A stretch of DNA of 64,000 bases from Octopus bimaculoides (Eukaryota), in NCBI RefSeq assembly GCF_001194135.2, contig NC_068984.1, forward strand, positions 86,684,635-86,748,634, read 5' to 3'. The position numbers were made by a program, and so were the translations under genes. This document shows positions 38,330-52,021 of this stretch, one piece after another (position 1 is the first letter of the stretch; the number at the start of each line of letters is the position of its first letter). The notes beneath the pieces were generated by a model. The model was not told the origin of the DNA, ran no database searches, and was given only the letters and a program-made list of their open reading frames with translations.

Positions 38330-39095
38330 TGTATCAACATACCAGCCCAATATCCCAAATGTTGGTACTAGCATTGGCACTGCAAAAGCATTGTTAAATG
38401 CAGACAGCTCAGAGTTCCATATTTTCCAGAAGTAGTCTTTTGTTATTCTGACAAGTCACAGCACCAATGTATGCAACATTCTCATCAATTCTAAGGTACT
38501 TGTAGTTTTCATCATTAGAGATAGGGGAGATAGACAAGCTGTTGATGTATATGTTCTCTGTCTGGTCGGCAATCTTTCCTCAGTTAACTACCATGTATGA
38601 GCGTTTCTCTTGCCCAAACTCCATTCCTGTATCTTGTGAGAATGATGTGACTAGTTCTAGTTGTCTCTTGATGTTGACCATATTATCAGAACTTTAGGTC
38701 ACCAACAAAAAATGTATGGCTGACATTAATTTTATTCTTTTCTGCATATCCCAGCAGGTAGTCTAGGCATTTTTTTTAACAGGGATGAAAAGTGGTTCAC
38801 TGTCAGTACAATATTACAGATAAATTATCACTCTGGAATATGTCTGTTGATAGCTTAATTCTGTTTGTAAGAAATAGGTATTGCTTTAGTAGTCAGTGTA
38901 GACCATGTTGTTGTCAGTCTTTCAATGGCATTCCCTATAACAGTTGGTACTTTGGTAAGGTGTAGTGATTCTATCATCCATGAATGAGGCACAGAGTTGA
39001 ACGCCTTCTTGTAGTCTAGCTATATTGTTAAGAGATTACAGTGATGTAGTTTGGCTTCCTTAAAGACAGCTTTGTTGAGAAGGAACTGTTCAGTA
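38330..39095 (-). mobile_element. R4/Dong-like non-LTR retrotransposon RT remnant
   Basis: LDYKKAFNSVPHSW, GMEFGQEKRSYM, ENYKYLRIDE and NNAFAVPMLVPTFGILGW in RT order, with stops. Confidence 0.8.
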
Positions 39096-39267
39096 CAGCC
39101 CTAGACTTGTTTTTTTCTTCCTGTATGTTCATTAGTTATCACACCATTTGTTTGGCAGTGGACTTGGAGAAACATATTCAAACAACATGTGTACAGTTTG
39201 TACTTGATATTCAAGCATGCTGTGAACCTATAGCCACATGGGTCTCTTATATGTATGTATGTATGAA

Positions 39268-39575
39268 TGAAGTGAAGGTGCATGACTTAGTAGCTAGGAT
39301 ATTTGGCTCATGATCATAAGATCATGTGTTTGATTACCGGCAGCATGTTGTACCCTTGAGCAAGGCACTTTATTTCTCATTGCTCCAGTCCACTCAGCTG
39401 ACAAAAATGAGTTGTACTTGTTGTACAAAGGGCCTGTCTTGTCATACTCTGTGTTATGCTGAATCTCCCTGAGAACTATGTTTGTGGACTGCTCAGCAAC
39501 TTGCACATTTATTTCATGAGCAGACTATCCAAGATTGTACCAACTGGAATACTCATTGTTGTTACTAACAGAGTT
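39268..39575 (+). mobile_element. SINE family B
   Basis: Homologous to 7742-8058. Confidence 0.75.
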
Positions 39576-41313
39576 CCAGGCAATGTATGTAAACATACAT
39601 ATATGCATACATAAATGCACACACGTGACTTTGTGTTTGTGTTTGGCCACCCACCATTGCCTGACAACCGATGTTGGTTTGCTTACATCCCCCATAACTT
39701 AATAGTTTAACAAAAGAGACTGATAGAATAAATACCAGACATAGAATAAGTGCTGGTGGGGTGGGGGGTGATTTATTTGACTAAACCCTTCAAAACAGTG
39801 CTCTAGCATGGTCATTATCCAATGACTGCAACAGGTAAAAATAAACAAGTATGCATAGCCCCAAAGAATATTTTCAAACTCAGTCAGCCTATAAAAATAG
39901 TTTATACTTTGAATGAATCCCTGGAGTAATAAAAACTGCCTGGATATACATGTTCTGAATCTTTGGAAGACAAGTCGTAAAACAATAAATAATTTATGCA
40001 GATGAAATGCATTCAATGGAGTGTTTTCAGAAACCAGTTTACATTTAATTATCTATGCTAGCTTGGTTATAATGTCTACTCACTTGGAAATATTTGTAAA
40101 ATAAATATTTACACTTTATGATCTTATTCCAGCTTTACCTGTTCTGCAATAAGTAACGAGATGATCTCAACTTAAGGATTTTGACACTATTACAATAACT
40201 TTCACTAATCATTTTTTGAAAATGAGATACCCTTTCATTTCCAGCTTACCATTCATTTACAGCAGTTTTCAAAACTGAAGTGCAGATCAATTAATATGAA
40301 TTCATTACCTGACTCCTGTCTTGGCATGATTGCACTCATTGACTTTTCTTTTTCATTTTGTTCTAATCCTAATGTTTTGGTATGCTACTGATACAAACAC
40401 TTCTGGTAGTAACAACCAGTTTCAACCATGTAAAATTACTTGGTCATTATGAACACGTTTGTTTTCCCAGCTGATACTACAGCTTTTCCATCTGCTGTGA
40501 ACTTTATTTTCTTTCTTCTGACGAATATGAGTGACCCAGTACAGCTATCTGAGTGGATAAGGATAGTGACCAGAGCACAAACAGTTTTTTTTCTTCTTTC
40601 TACCCCCCCCCCCCCCCCACCTCAGTCTACCACTACCATATATTCATGCTAATCTCCAGAGACTTCATATTATTCATGCACTGAATAATTAGGAATTTGT
40701 TTATGTTTATTATATATATATATATATATATATCACATATTATTCACTATAAACATAACACTGCTATTTGATACAGTTGTATAGAATGTACAGTGATCCA
40801 ACAGTGAGATAAGAGGCCAATTAATTTAAAAGAGATAGAAAATAACTTGCTTGTTTGTGCTATCTCTCTCATTTTCTATTTGTAAAACTGCCAGAAGAAC
40901 CTCCACTTATCTACAACATAACAAAAACAATATTTGAAAAAAAAAAAAAAAAAGCTAGGCCATCACTTCAGAATTAGAAATTACGAAATTACTTCTGCTT
41001 TAAACAGCTGCTGAATTCTAAAAGGCCCAAGTATGATCCCCATCCTCATCATCACTACCAACACACATTAGATTACTGCAGCTCACATATCAGGGATGGA
41101 GCAGTTATTATATTCACAAATATTTTAGACCATTCCATCCAACTGATTGGTAAGGAACGCACTCCAGCCTATTACACAGCCAAAATACTTTGTCACATCT
41201 ACAATTTTGTACTGAAAAGCTTTTATAGAAATGGTTCTCAATTTTTTTTTTCTTTGATTTCCTGACACTATGGGGATCAAAAAATGTAATTTCCTTCAAA
41301 TCATATACTGCGG

Positions 41314-41357
<44 letters not shown>

Positions 41358-41527
41358 AATGAAAACATTGCAAGCAATTGTTTTAGGTATACAAACTGAA
41401 AAAATGCAACAGTTGTAGCAGGAACACTTTTGCTAGGATTTCCTTCATCAGTGTTGACATGGGCCAAGAAAAAAAAAACAAAAACAACTCACACTTTAAA
41501 ATGAATGGTTCTCATTTAGTGTAATAT

Positions 41528-41740
41528 TGGTTTCAAATTTTGCCACAAGGTCAGCAAGTTCAGGGGAGGGGGTAAGCTGATTAAATCGACCCCAGTGATC
41601 AATTGGTACTTATTTTATTGCTCCAAAAGGATGAAAGGCTAAGTTGACCTTGGTGGAATTTGAACTCAAAACATAAATACAAACGAAATGCTGCTGAACA
41701 TTTTGCCCAGCATGCTAACAATTCTGCCAGCTCACCACTT
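41528..41740 (-). mobile_element. SINE family C
   Basis: Best-preserved copy: AAAGGATGAAAGGC...GGAATTTGAACTC...CTGCCAGCTCACC. Confidence 0.8.
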
Positions 41741-42414
41741 TCATTTAGTCTTAAAGTGCACACAATTTTCACTTTCATTCTACAAAGTTCCTGTAATTTA
41801 TAGAAATTGATTTAACTAACAACATTCCTTATCTTTAAATGTTAGTGAAATGTTATGTAAGTAGATCTTAGAGATTTGGCTAACAAGTACAGCACCTATG
41901 CAGTCTCTATATCAGCTTTTCTGAGGACAGAGAACCTTTTGTATTAGAAGGCCATATTGAATTAAGTGATATTTTTAGTGGTTAATCTTAGACCTGTCCT
42001 GATTGAGTATACCTGTAATTAAAGGTGTTCCAACTATGAACATCCCATTCTTTTAAATTTTTGTATCCTCTTTCTGGTTTCAGCAAAGAGCACTGATAAA
42101 CCCAGCCCTAATGATGTATCTCTTTCATTTCCCGTTTGGGTTCTTGACAACATACCATGTCAAGTTCAAAAGAAACCAGTTTGTCTCAGACTCAGATATG
42201 AAGATGACCATGTCCAAGTCTCAAATATGCAACCAAAATCTAACATTGACAAAACAATTTCATCCATACAATTAAGACTAAATCTATAACAGCATTGTAT
42301 ACAGAGCTGAGTTGCACTAGAATTGTGTACTTGCATTTTGCATAATGTGCAGTTTCATCTTAGGTCAATTTTAACTGTCAGATTTTTAAAAAAGGGATAA
42401 ACTGGAAAAAAAAA

Positions 42415-42930
42415 AGTGACTGTGTGGTAAGAAGCTTGCTTCCTGATCTCATAGTTCTGGGCTCAGTCCCACTGTGTGACATCTTGAGAAAGTATCTTCT
42501 ACTATAGCCTCAGGCCAATCAAAGTCTTGTAAGTGGATTTGGTTCATGGAAACTGGAAGAAACCGGTCATATATATACATCATCATTGTTTAATGTCCGC
42601 TTTCCATGCTGTCAAATGTAATGATTATTCATTCACATTGTTTTGTGAGTGGATTTGGAAGAGGGAAACTGAAAGAAGCCTATCATATATATAGGTATGT
42701 CTTTGTGTCTGTGTTTGTCCCCACCACCATCGTTTGACAACCAATGTTGGTGTGTTTACATCTCCGTAACTTAGCAGTTCAGCAAAAAGGACCAATAGAG
42801 TAAGTGAGTAAGTACTAGGCTTACAAAGAATAAGTCCTTGGGTTGATTTCTTTGACTAAAGCCCTTTAAGGTGGTGCTCCAGTATAGCCGCAGTCAAATG
42901 ACTGAAACAAGTAAAAGAATAAAAAAAGGT
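42415..42930 (+). mobile_element. SINE family A with internal rearrangement/insertion
   Basis: Head at 42415; duplicated GAAACTG(G/A)AAGAA.CC segment around an RTE-tail fragment; tail at about 42920. Confidence 0.75.
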
Positions 42931-43539
42931 TTAATTTACTTTTTATGAAATAAAAAAATAAGAAATGCATTGATGTTATGTGCAATCAGAACATATAAGG
43001 TAAGGGACTAGCTTAAATTTCATAACTTTTCTATTCCTGTCTATTGCTAATGAAGTTTGTTGAAGCATATTTTATTCAATGGATGACTAAATATGAATGA
43101 GCAACACAAAATTTCTTGTAGAGAGACAGCAAGAATACAGCAACAAGTAAGTGACAGAGCATGAAAAATCAAAAGCAGTTTAATAAAGATAAGAATAACT
43201 TTCCCAAGAGCAGTGAGAACATATTTTGGCTTAAAATGCTGAATGTATTTTAAAACAAGATGCTGTGTAACAGCTTTCTCAAGAGCAGCAAGAATGCATT
43301 TTGGCTCAAAATACAAAACAACATAGAGAAGTAAAACAACTTCATCAAGAACATATTTTAATGTAAAATTTTGAACAACATTTCAATGCACTAATGGCAG
43401 AACACTGGAACACATTTCAATGCACTAATGGCAGAATACATCTTTATTTGCTTTAAATCTGATTTAATCTATTACCTCAATTCTTCATTGATTCACCAGA
43501 AGCAAAATACTTTTCATGAAACATGTTTGAAATGCAATG

Positions 43540-46170
43540 GTGCTATGGCTATGAAAGCAAATGATACTGCACTGCTTGGGATATTTAGATTCATAGAATT
43601 TATGCAGTTGTTTATAAATTTTTTGAAGCACCTCAAAATATTGTCCTGAGTGCAAGCTTGCTTTTCTGAAAAAGAAATTCAACAGTGTATGCAGAGAGTA
43701 GTTACAGGTAGTAGAAGAAAAAATCTTGATGCTGTTATTTTCTGGAAGCTTTATTCTTCAATAGTTTCTGATAACAACACTTATTTACAACTATTTCTGT
43801 CTGTTCAAATAAAACTGATGCTGGCATAATACCAGAAAATGTTTTTCTGGATTACTTACTGACCCAGATGGTAAGTATTCCACTAGGTGTAACTTACCTA
43901 CATACAATGAGGCTGCTGTATTGATACCTGATAATGATGAGGAAATTCATCAAGCTGGAAGCATGTTGGTAAACAACTTTCAAGTACAGAACAACCAGCT
44001 GTCTTCAAATATTTAGTGATTCTCTTTTAGCTCATGATGGATCCATGTTTTTCTCCTGGTGGCTCAGATAGATAGCATCTTGGTATACTAAACCGTAGAG
44101 GCAACAGAAATGTGAGATGTTTTTCAATTTTATGCTTTTTGGATAATGAAGAATGCTGCATCACAGACACCTTCTATTCTAACAGATCAATATTCCAAAG
44201 TCCAGTCTACTTGCTTGCAGTATATTCAAAACAATCAACAGATCCTACAAGTGGACTTGTACAATGGTCTCTCAGATGCAATCATTGCAGGCTATGCTAA
44301 TAATATTGGAAGATGATACATTCTCCCAAACACACTTATAGGCAGTCCAAGATACAATGGCTGTCAAAAGGAAATTTGGAAAACCAATATTATTTGTGAC
44401 ATATATCCACAATCCAAGAGAATTTAATGCAGATCTAACTACACAAGTTTTCAAACTGATGTGCAGCAATTTCTACAAGATTTAAAATCTGGTATTTTGG
44501 GAAAATTAATTGGCCCATGGTGAGCACAATTAAATTCAAGAAAAATGGCTTATTTTTTTATAACAGAAAACAACCACAACACATAGCAAGATATTCACAA
44601 ACTTGTCTCTGTTGAAACTCCTAATCCAAATAATGCATATATAGCTGGTCTTTATGGTTTGGTAAAGAAATTCATGATACACGCATCATGTGGAGAACGG
44701 AATGTAACTTTGTTAAATGGATACTGCAGTAAGAGTTATCCTCCTTGAGTTCTATTCACAAATGTTAAATGGTAACCACCATCCACTGTATGTACCATCA
44801 GCAAAATCCTACTGTGTAAGTTGGAATTAGGAACATTGAGGTATATAATCAACATGTAGTTCTCCATAATGCTTGATTACCTCAAAGATACAAATCTATG
44901 TCATTGTCGAATGGAGCACATCAGTCAAAGCTGTTATATATCTGTATAAATACATATTCAAAAGAGCAAATCATTCTAAGACCTAACTAGAAGGAAAAGA
45001 ATAATTTCTTCTTGATATCAGAAATGCAAATCAGCAAGATGAGATCATTAAATGCAAAAATTGCAGATACATTGGACCATCTGAATCATGTTGGAAACTT
45101 TTCAAATTCCATATTGTAAAAAAGAAAATCCTTCTTTAGAATCTCCTCTGATCCACATGCCTAATCAAGAAATTTTTGCCCAAACAATGTAGCAAATGTC
45201 CTTCTACACATTCAACTGACTAAACCCACAGTTTATTTTAATAAAATCACTGAAGATCCAGAAGCAAGAAATATTCTATCAAGTTTCCCATTCTGGTAAA
45301 TTTTATATCAGCTGATCGTATATTGTCCCTGATGCAACATGAATTCTCAATATGTATCAACATCTCAAAGCTTTGAATTGTGCACTCCAAGATGTAATGA
45401 ACAAAGAGAAAATTCTAAGAGGGAAATTAATAATCCTCAGGGGAAATTTTCAGTGAATTCTCCCAGTAGTCTATAAAATTCAATGATTTTTGCTAATTGA
45501 TACATGCATGGAAAAGTGTTCTATTTGGAGTCAATGCAAAGTTTTATATATCCAGGCAAATATGAGAGTTCTCAATTGTTTGAACAACGATTTTGCTGCA
45601 TCAGCTAAACCACTATTTCATTTGGTTGCTGAAACTGGGCGAAGGAAGGATTCCATAGATGTTAATATTGACACACCTTTCCCTGACACCATTCGGATTC
45701 CCCACTTCCTAACACTGAATTCCAAAGATTTGGTTCAATTTGGTTGTGCCAATCTAGCAACATACCATAAAAATGAACAATGGATGCCTTAAAGAGCTAT
45801 TCTAACAACAATACATGAGGTCATAATTAAACAATAAAATAATGAATAAATTTCCTGAAAAGATAATTACCCTAAGATGCAAAGACTCAGTAATAAAAGA
45901 ATATTTTAGTTCCCAAAATGTAAGTGGAATACTCCTCATATAATTGCTAGCTTTTCATTTTCTTCTATGTTAACAGCATTAAGAACAAAGAATTCTTGAA
46001 CATCTTCAGATAAAGCAATTTTAAATTGTAATAGGTTTTTGATAAAAAAATTTATACCAGCTGCAGAAATTATTCAAACTTGTGTCTGATGATCTTTTGA
46101 AAGAATAAAATTCTTTAAATGTCATGTGTGCCTTTGTCTTGTCATTCTGAAGATAAAGCTTATGAAGCTT
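43540..46170 (+). mobile_element. Decayed Helitron (Rep and Pif1-like helicase remnants)
   Basis: GKPILFVT, KKFMIH..CG...NGYCSKSYP, VEWSTSVKAVIYLYKYIFKR (Rep motif 3, about 44906), RYIGPSE.CWKLFKF; then helicase-like GKLIILRGNF..ILPVV, CSIWSQCKVLYIQANMRV and RAILTT. Many stops and frameshifts. Confidence 0.85.
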
Positions 46171-47699
46171 ATCAGTGACGAGTTAGTCTGAATTCAGAGT
46201 CTTTATCAAAATCAGCAGTTGTTAGATTACATAAACATTTATGTATATCAAACAGTAATGATAAGAACACAACAGTTCTATGCTTTGTTCTTGGTAAATC
46301 TTTATATATATCAACCATATTTCCAAGCCCTTCTTCCATTCTGTATAATCTTCAGTACAAGTCAAGATAGGTAGTTGTTTTGTAAAACTGGCCAGTGAAT
46401 CCTATTGTACTACAGTAAATTGTTATACAAGGAGTTACAACAATGCTGCAATTTAAGCGATTTTTGAAATTTGAGATTTATAATAAATAGACTTCTGAAC
46501 CTTCCTAACCTCACCTACTAATAGTTTTACCCTGTTGTCTTACAATGCTGCCATTGTGAAAAAATAACTCCTCATTTCATAATTGTTTCCACATCCTAAA
46601 CAATTATATTTTCTCAGATGCTACTACTCTCTCTAATAACTGACAGTTTGAACCAAAAGTAACCACTCATGGTATATAAAACAAAGGAGATAACCCAATA
46701 CATCAAAGAATACATCATCATCATTTTTAACATCTACTTTTCCATGCTTGCATGGATTAGACAGAATTCATTGAAGTGAAATTTCTAATCTGATGTCCTT
46801 CAAGTGCCAACCCTCACATGTTTCCAAGTAAGGTAATATTTTCCCATGGCAAGACATGTTTTCATGGAAGACTGAAAAATGAAGGACACCACTTACAGGA
46901 CAGTGACACTCAATCATCACTATTGTGATGTCAAGGTAAGGAGACAATAACACATACACAAATATATACAATGTTTCTTTCAGTTTCCATCTAGAAATCT
47001 ACTTGCAAAGCTTTGGTTGGCCTGGGGCTATAGTAGAAGACACTTCCCCAAGATGCCACACAATGGGACTAAACATCCTACCACACATTCACCTATTGAT
47101 TTTTTTTTCTTTTGTTTTAATGATGTAGCTCTGGTTCATGATGAGCAATAATTCATGAGACCTGTTGGTCAAAAAAAGGCTAACTGTACCTGTTACAAAA
47201 GGAAGTATTTAGTTATTCAAGTCTCAATTTGTCCATCCTAAGAGATTTCACTTTGAAAGATTAAATTCTGAAAGCAGTTGAGAGTGTCATAACAAAATTA
47301 GTGTAGAATAGGGCCAGCTTGGATACAATTCAGTTTGGGCATTCATTGGTTAGAAATTAAATTGATCTTTATTGAGATGTACAGTCAAAGGCAATCTAGC
47401 CATAATCATCCCAACAGTTTTGAAACACAATGCACCTCAGATAACTATAAACAAAATGTCCCATTTTTTTTTAAAGATGATGTCTCAAAGTAGATGATTT
47501 GGCTGTTATTTTTAGCAGATCAGGAAACTATGCAGATCCTCCATTGGTTCAGTATAGATGCATTTTCATTTTTCTAATGTGAAAGCTGTGAAACAATTTT
47601 GTTTATTTCAAAACAAATAATTATATCTACATTTGTAAAAATTCATCATACGGCCAAACACTCCATACGTAATAGGCTCTAAGTACCGAAGATGTTAAC

Positions 47700-48340
47700 T
47701 TCATTTATAATACAAGATTTTGATGGTAGGGAAACATGGGCCCTGAATGTGGAGGATATGCTAAGGCTGGAGACGAACAGAGCTGGTATGCTCTGCTGGA
47801 TGTGTGATGTCAGTGTGCATGTGTGACAGTTCAGTTGTATATAGAGAAGTTGGACATAGGAGGAATTATAAGCAGTGGGCAAGGAGACTATGTTGGTTTG
47901 GTTATGTGATGTGGGTGGATGAGGACAGTTGTGTAAAGAAGTCCTGATCACTTAAAGTGGAGGGAAGTCATGGAAGAGGAAGATATGAGATGAAGTATTG
48001 AAGGCTGATCTCAAAATGTTGAGCCTCATGAAGGAAATGACAGAGGACAGAGGTATGTGGTGAATTGCTATACTCAAGAAGATCCGTCCAACACAATAGA
48101 ATTGAGATCCTAAAATCAAGGTGCCACATAAAAAGCATTGGTGTGGGTGCTGGTGCTACATAAAAAGCATCCAGTATACTATGTAAAATGGTGAGCATTA
48201 GGAAGGACATAGTCATGGAAACCAAACCAAAATAGATTATGGAACCTGGTGCAGCCCCTAGCCTTGCCAGTTCCTGGCAAGTCGTCCAGCTCATACCAAC
48301 ATAGAAAACAGACATTAAATGTTGATGACAATGATGAGCT
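47700..48340 (+). mobile_element. 5'-truncated RTE LINE 3' end
   Basis: ETWALNVEDMLRLETNRAGMLCWMC-type C-terminal segment followed by the 3' UTR. Confidence 0.8.
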
Positions 48341-51300
48341 GCAGACAAAAATTACAAACCTAGGATAATAGTATAGAGTTCAAAGGATACAATACTGTGT
48401 AGTCAAAAATGTGTACTGAAAAATTGCAGTGGTATTTCTAAAAGATTTAGAGAGAACCAAGGCAGTAAATTTATAGCAGTGGTTAATCTAGGAGTGGCTG
48501 AAACTTCACAAAGGAGTGGAAAATGTCAAGGAGGTACTGGGGTTTACAAAGGTCGTGATTTTTGTCATAAAATATTTAAACCACTTACAATACCAAAAAT
48601 CTTTGTCAGGGTTAGAATATGTGTAGGACCTTGTGTTGTCAGTGAATAGAAACATAGCTGGTGATACAACATGGTCCTAGAAAAATGTACATGACAGACA
48701 GGGAAATATATGGACATATAAATAATAAACCAATTAGCAAAATCAGCTTCTGTTTGAATATTTAGGGAAGAGGACACACTGAGTTACAAATGGTTGGGAA
48801 CTACTGCTTTGCAGTAATACTTAGGTAGGGGAGTACTCATGAAATGAAATCCATGAATGTTATATATGACTTCTGAGATCTCTCTGAGGGAGATATTTGT
48901 GAGAAACCAATGATCATCAGACCAAAATACACACTAGCTCTTTAACCTTTTTGAGACACATTGTGTTTTGGTATGTGTAGCCAAAAAGACAGAATTTTTT
49001 TTTTTCTGTTGAGATTGAAATTGATGGGTGTATGTGCAGAAAACAAAAGATAAAGTGCATAAAACTACTTTGATAATATGTAAAACTATACAGATTATGA
49101 AAGCTTATAAACAGTACAATACATCTGTCACAATAAGAAAATCTAAAACAACACAATACATGTAAATAAAATAAGCATAAATGTTTCTGTGAAAAAAAAA
49201 AAAAATGTATTGAAAGATGATCTCTGATTGGCTACTACACTTCAAAACCAACCATTTGCAACAGTCGTTTCATCAGGCCAATGGATCAGCCACAAAATAC
49301 TTTCAGCTTGTATCACTTGGGCTGATCAATTAGCCTGGGTGTCCCAAGAGAGTTAAGTGAACATTTTAGAAATGTTTGCTTCATGAACAACATAGTGTAG
49401 AGGGAAAAATTTACTTTCAAGTTAGGAGTTACTTTGACTTAGACCAACTGAGAAAACAATTTCAGAGATAATTTATTCACCAATAAAAAAAATGCAACAC
49501 TCAAAAATTACATTGCTAAATAGAACAAGGATGACTAAAAGATAGGTTCATAAAGATTTGAGTCAGCTATATCCTGGGTATTATGAGAGCTTCTATACAA
49601 GCCAGTGAATTCTATAACTTAAGAGTTAGTAAAAGCCTGGCTACATTAAATGTGAGATGAAATTGAGATTATGAGATAGTTATCACTACCTGTACCTGTT
49701 TACAGTGGCCTTCCAAAATTTCATCAGAAACGTTTCAAAGTAGCAGCACTCACTGAAAAACTCTGATCTTGTATATAAACATTTTGGTAAGCTTTTCATG
49801 TTATTCAGTACAATGCTTTTCTTTGCAGTGTATATATAATGCTTTTCTTTGGCTTGTGTCGTTTATATATGATCTGCACCAGTATTTTCCATTTTTTTAA
49901 AAAACTATCAACATCATTCTCTTTCAGTTACCATACATAATTCAACTGTGGTTTTTCTCTTGTTCACATGTCTGAAGGAAGCAGTGTGGTTAGCATAACT
50001 ATCAATACTTGAAATTGCCTTTTGTCATTCCTGTGTAACGTTAATTATTTACTGATCCATTTGAGTTGGTAAAGGTAATTTCAACATAGCACAATAATGT
50101 TTTGGCATAGCAAAACTAGTTAAGTGAGCACATATTAGTATTCTTACATATGCATTCTCTTTCTGTTGGTCTTGAAGGATTTTGTTTTATGACATTCTTC
50201 ATATTGAGAGCACCATGTAATTAGACAAAGATATGATTTTTCTCTTGCCAATATACCTGAAGGAAGCAGTGTGGTTGGCCTATGACTACTTGAATCTGTC
50301 CATCACATTTCCTAAGTTACCTTTACTGACTAAACTGCATCACACTCAAGAAACTTCAGTTTCAGAGAAACTAGAGTGGACACTGAAATAGCAGTAGTTT
50401 CTGAGATACCAGAGTAGATACTCAAGCAATACTTAGCAGATTTATTTTTTCAATTTGTGATGGATGGAAACATGGGATGAAAAAATAATGAAAATAGTGT
50501 ACATAAGACAATCCAAGGAATGCAACAGTGTGTGTTTTTAGGGATTTAGACATTAAAAATGAAAAATTTGGAGTATGAATTAAACAAAACTTAGAGTTAA
50601 AAGTAAAAATAAAAGAACTTAAAACAATTTAACCTTTTGTTCCATGGTTCTGTCGAATTACACTACCTTCATTTCAATTAGTTTTTAAAATAATGAGATA
50701 ATTGAGTTTTTTTTTTTAATGAAAAACAACCATTGTACTTAAAATGTTCAGTTCTTCACAATTTAATGTTTATGAGATACATGAACTTTATAAAGCATTA
50801 TTTTATTTCATTTATTTATCTGAATATCTAAAGTAAAAGTAGAAACATGTTTCTCATATTAAAATACAATATTGCTTTATTTTAGTCAGGCACACATTAA
50901 TATAAATATTGTTCAGAAGATACTGATTTATTTCATAGAAATTACCTCTAATTATAAACATTTAAAGGTAACACACCTACACATATAAATAATTGGAGGC
51001 AATACTACTTATACATAAAGATTCAAAGGCAACATACCCATACATAGCTGTGTGGTTAAGAAATTCACTTCATAACAGCAGTTTTGGGTTCAATCCTTAG
51101 GCAAGTGTTTTCAGTCATAGCTTTCATTGTGAGTGAAATTTAGCAGACAGAAAATGTATGGAAACCCATCAACAGGAACTGTTCTTGTTCAGGTATAATA
51201 AACTTTCAACCATTGCCCAATCAACACAACCCCTTGGCACTTGAGTGTCACTCTGCTGTAAGCATTCAGGTAGATCTCCTACCTACCTTCCACTCTGGCA

Positions 51301-51426
51301 GAAACCATGAAAATGCTAGTAGGCACTGCCTTTCTCTCTTTCTAATTTATCTACATTCAAAAGTAACATTGCCGTTCAAACCGTAATAATTTATATATAT
51401 ATATATACATAAATATACACACACAT

Positions 51427-51459
<33 letters not shown>

Positions 51460-51577
51460 TAGTTTACATTCAAAGATAATAGTCAATATAGTTACATCCA
51501 ATCAAAAGCAATATTGTTTGTATTCACATACATTCAAACATTCATGATAAATTAAAATATATATGGTACATGAGATT

Positions 51578-51895
51578 TCAAAAAGTTATTAGGTCTTGTT
51601 GTTCAAGGAAACTGGTAGATGAGATACTGTCACCACTCTGGTCCAAGTCCCGCAGCAAAGATTTTTCAAAACTAAAGTCATAGTGATATTTCTGTAGAGA
51701 AATGTTTTCATGTGGAATGCTGTGAATTTCAAAGTCTGAATATTTTGAAATGATTTCTAAATGAGGTGAAAGTTTGAATGGAATACCATTTAAAGGGGAT
51801 ATATTACAAGGTGTATGATGTTCAAAAAAACAGTCTTTGTTTGTATTTTCAACATTGGATTTCAACATTTTGCTAGATTCAACAGCAGCAGCATT
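51578..51895 (-). CDS. UMAD1: UMAD1 last coding exon with UMA domain (NAAAVESS...GIPFKLSPHL...LQKYHYDFSFEKSLL...QDLITF*)
   Basis: Acceptor TTTTTTTTTCCTTTGCAG|AAT, phase 0. GIPFKLSPH...YDFSFEKSLL matches the UMA signature (human DVPFTLAPH...WYDFTLENSVL). TGA stop. Confidence 0.92.
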   Translation of the reverse strand, partial: NAAAVESSKMLKSNVENTNKDCFFEHHTPCNISPLNGIPFKLSPHLEIISKYSDFEIHSIPHENISLQKYHYDFSFEKSLLRDLDQSGDSISSTSFLEQQDLITF

Positions 51896-52021
51896 CTGCA
51901 AAGGAAAAAAAAAATGGAATTAATTATCAATACTTAAAGACTATGCTAAATCTAAAATAATGGAAACAGCAATAATTATCTCACTGCAGCTAAATGATAA
52001 TTTTCCTGTACACAGATTTTC

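Noticed and set aside
40405-40545. Exon-like minus-strand stretch LYWVTHIRQKKENKVHSRWKSCSISWENKRVHNDQ with AG/GT ends, vaguely like the HRRSVSLG..DQ exon
   Set aside because: The similarity is too weak, the acceptor lacks a good pyrimidine tract, and the true counterpart exon is at 33904-34005.
41114-41467. 117-aa ORF
   Set aside because: It runs through homopolymer tracts (poly-F, poly-K) and has no motif or splice support.
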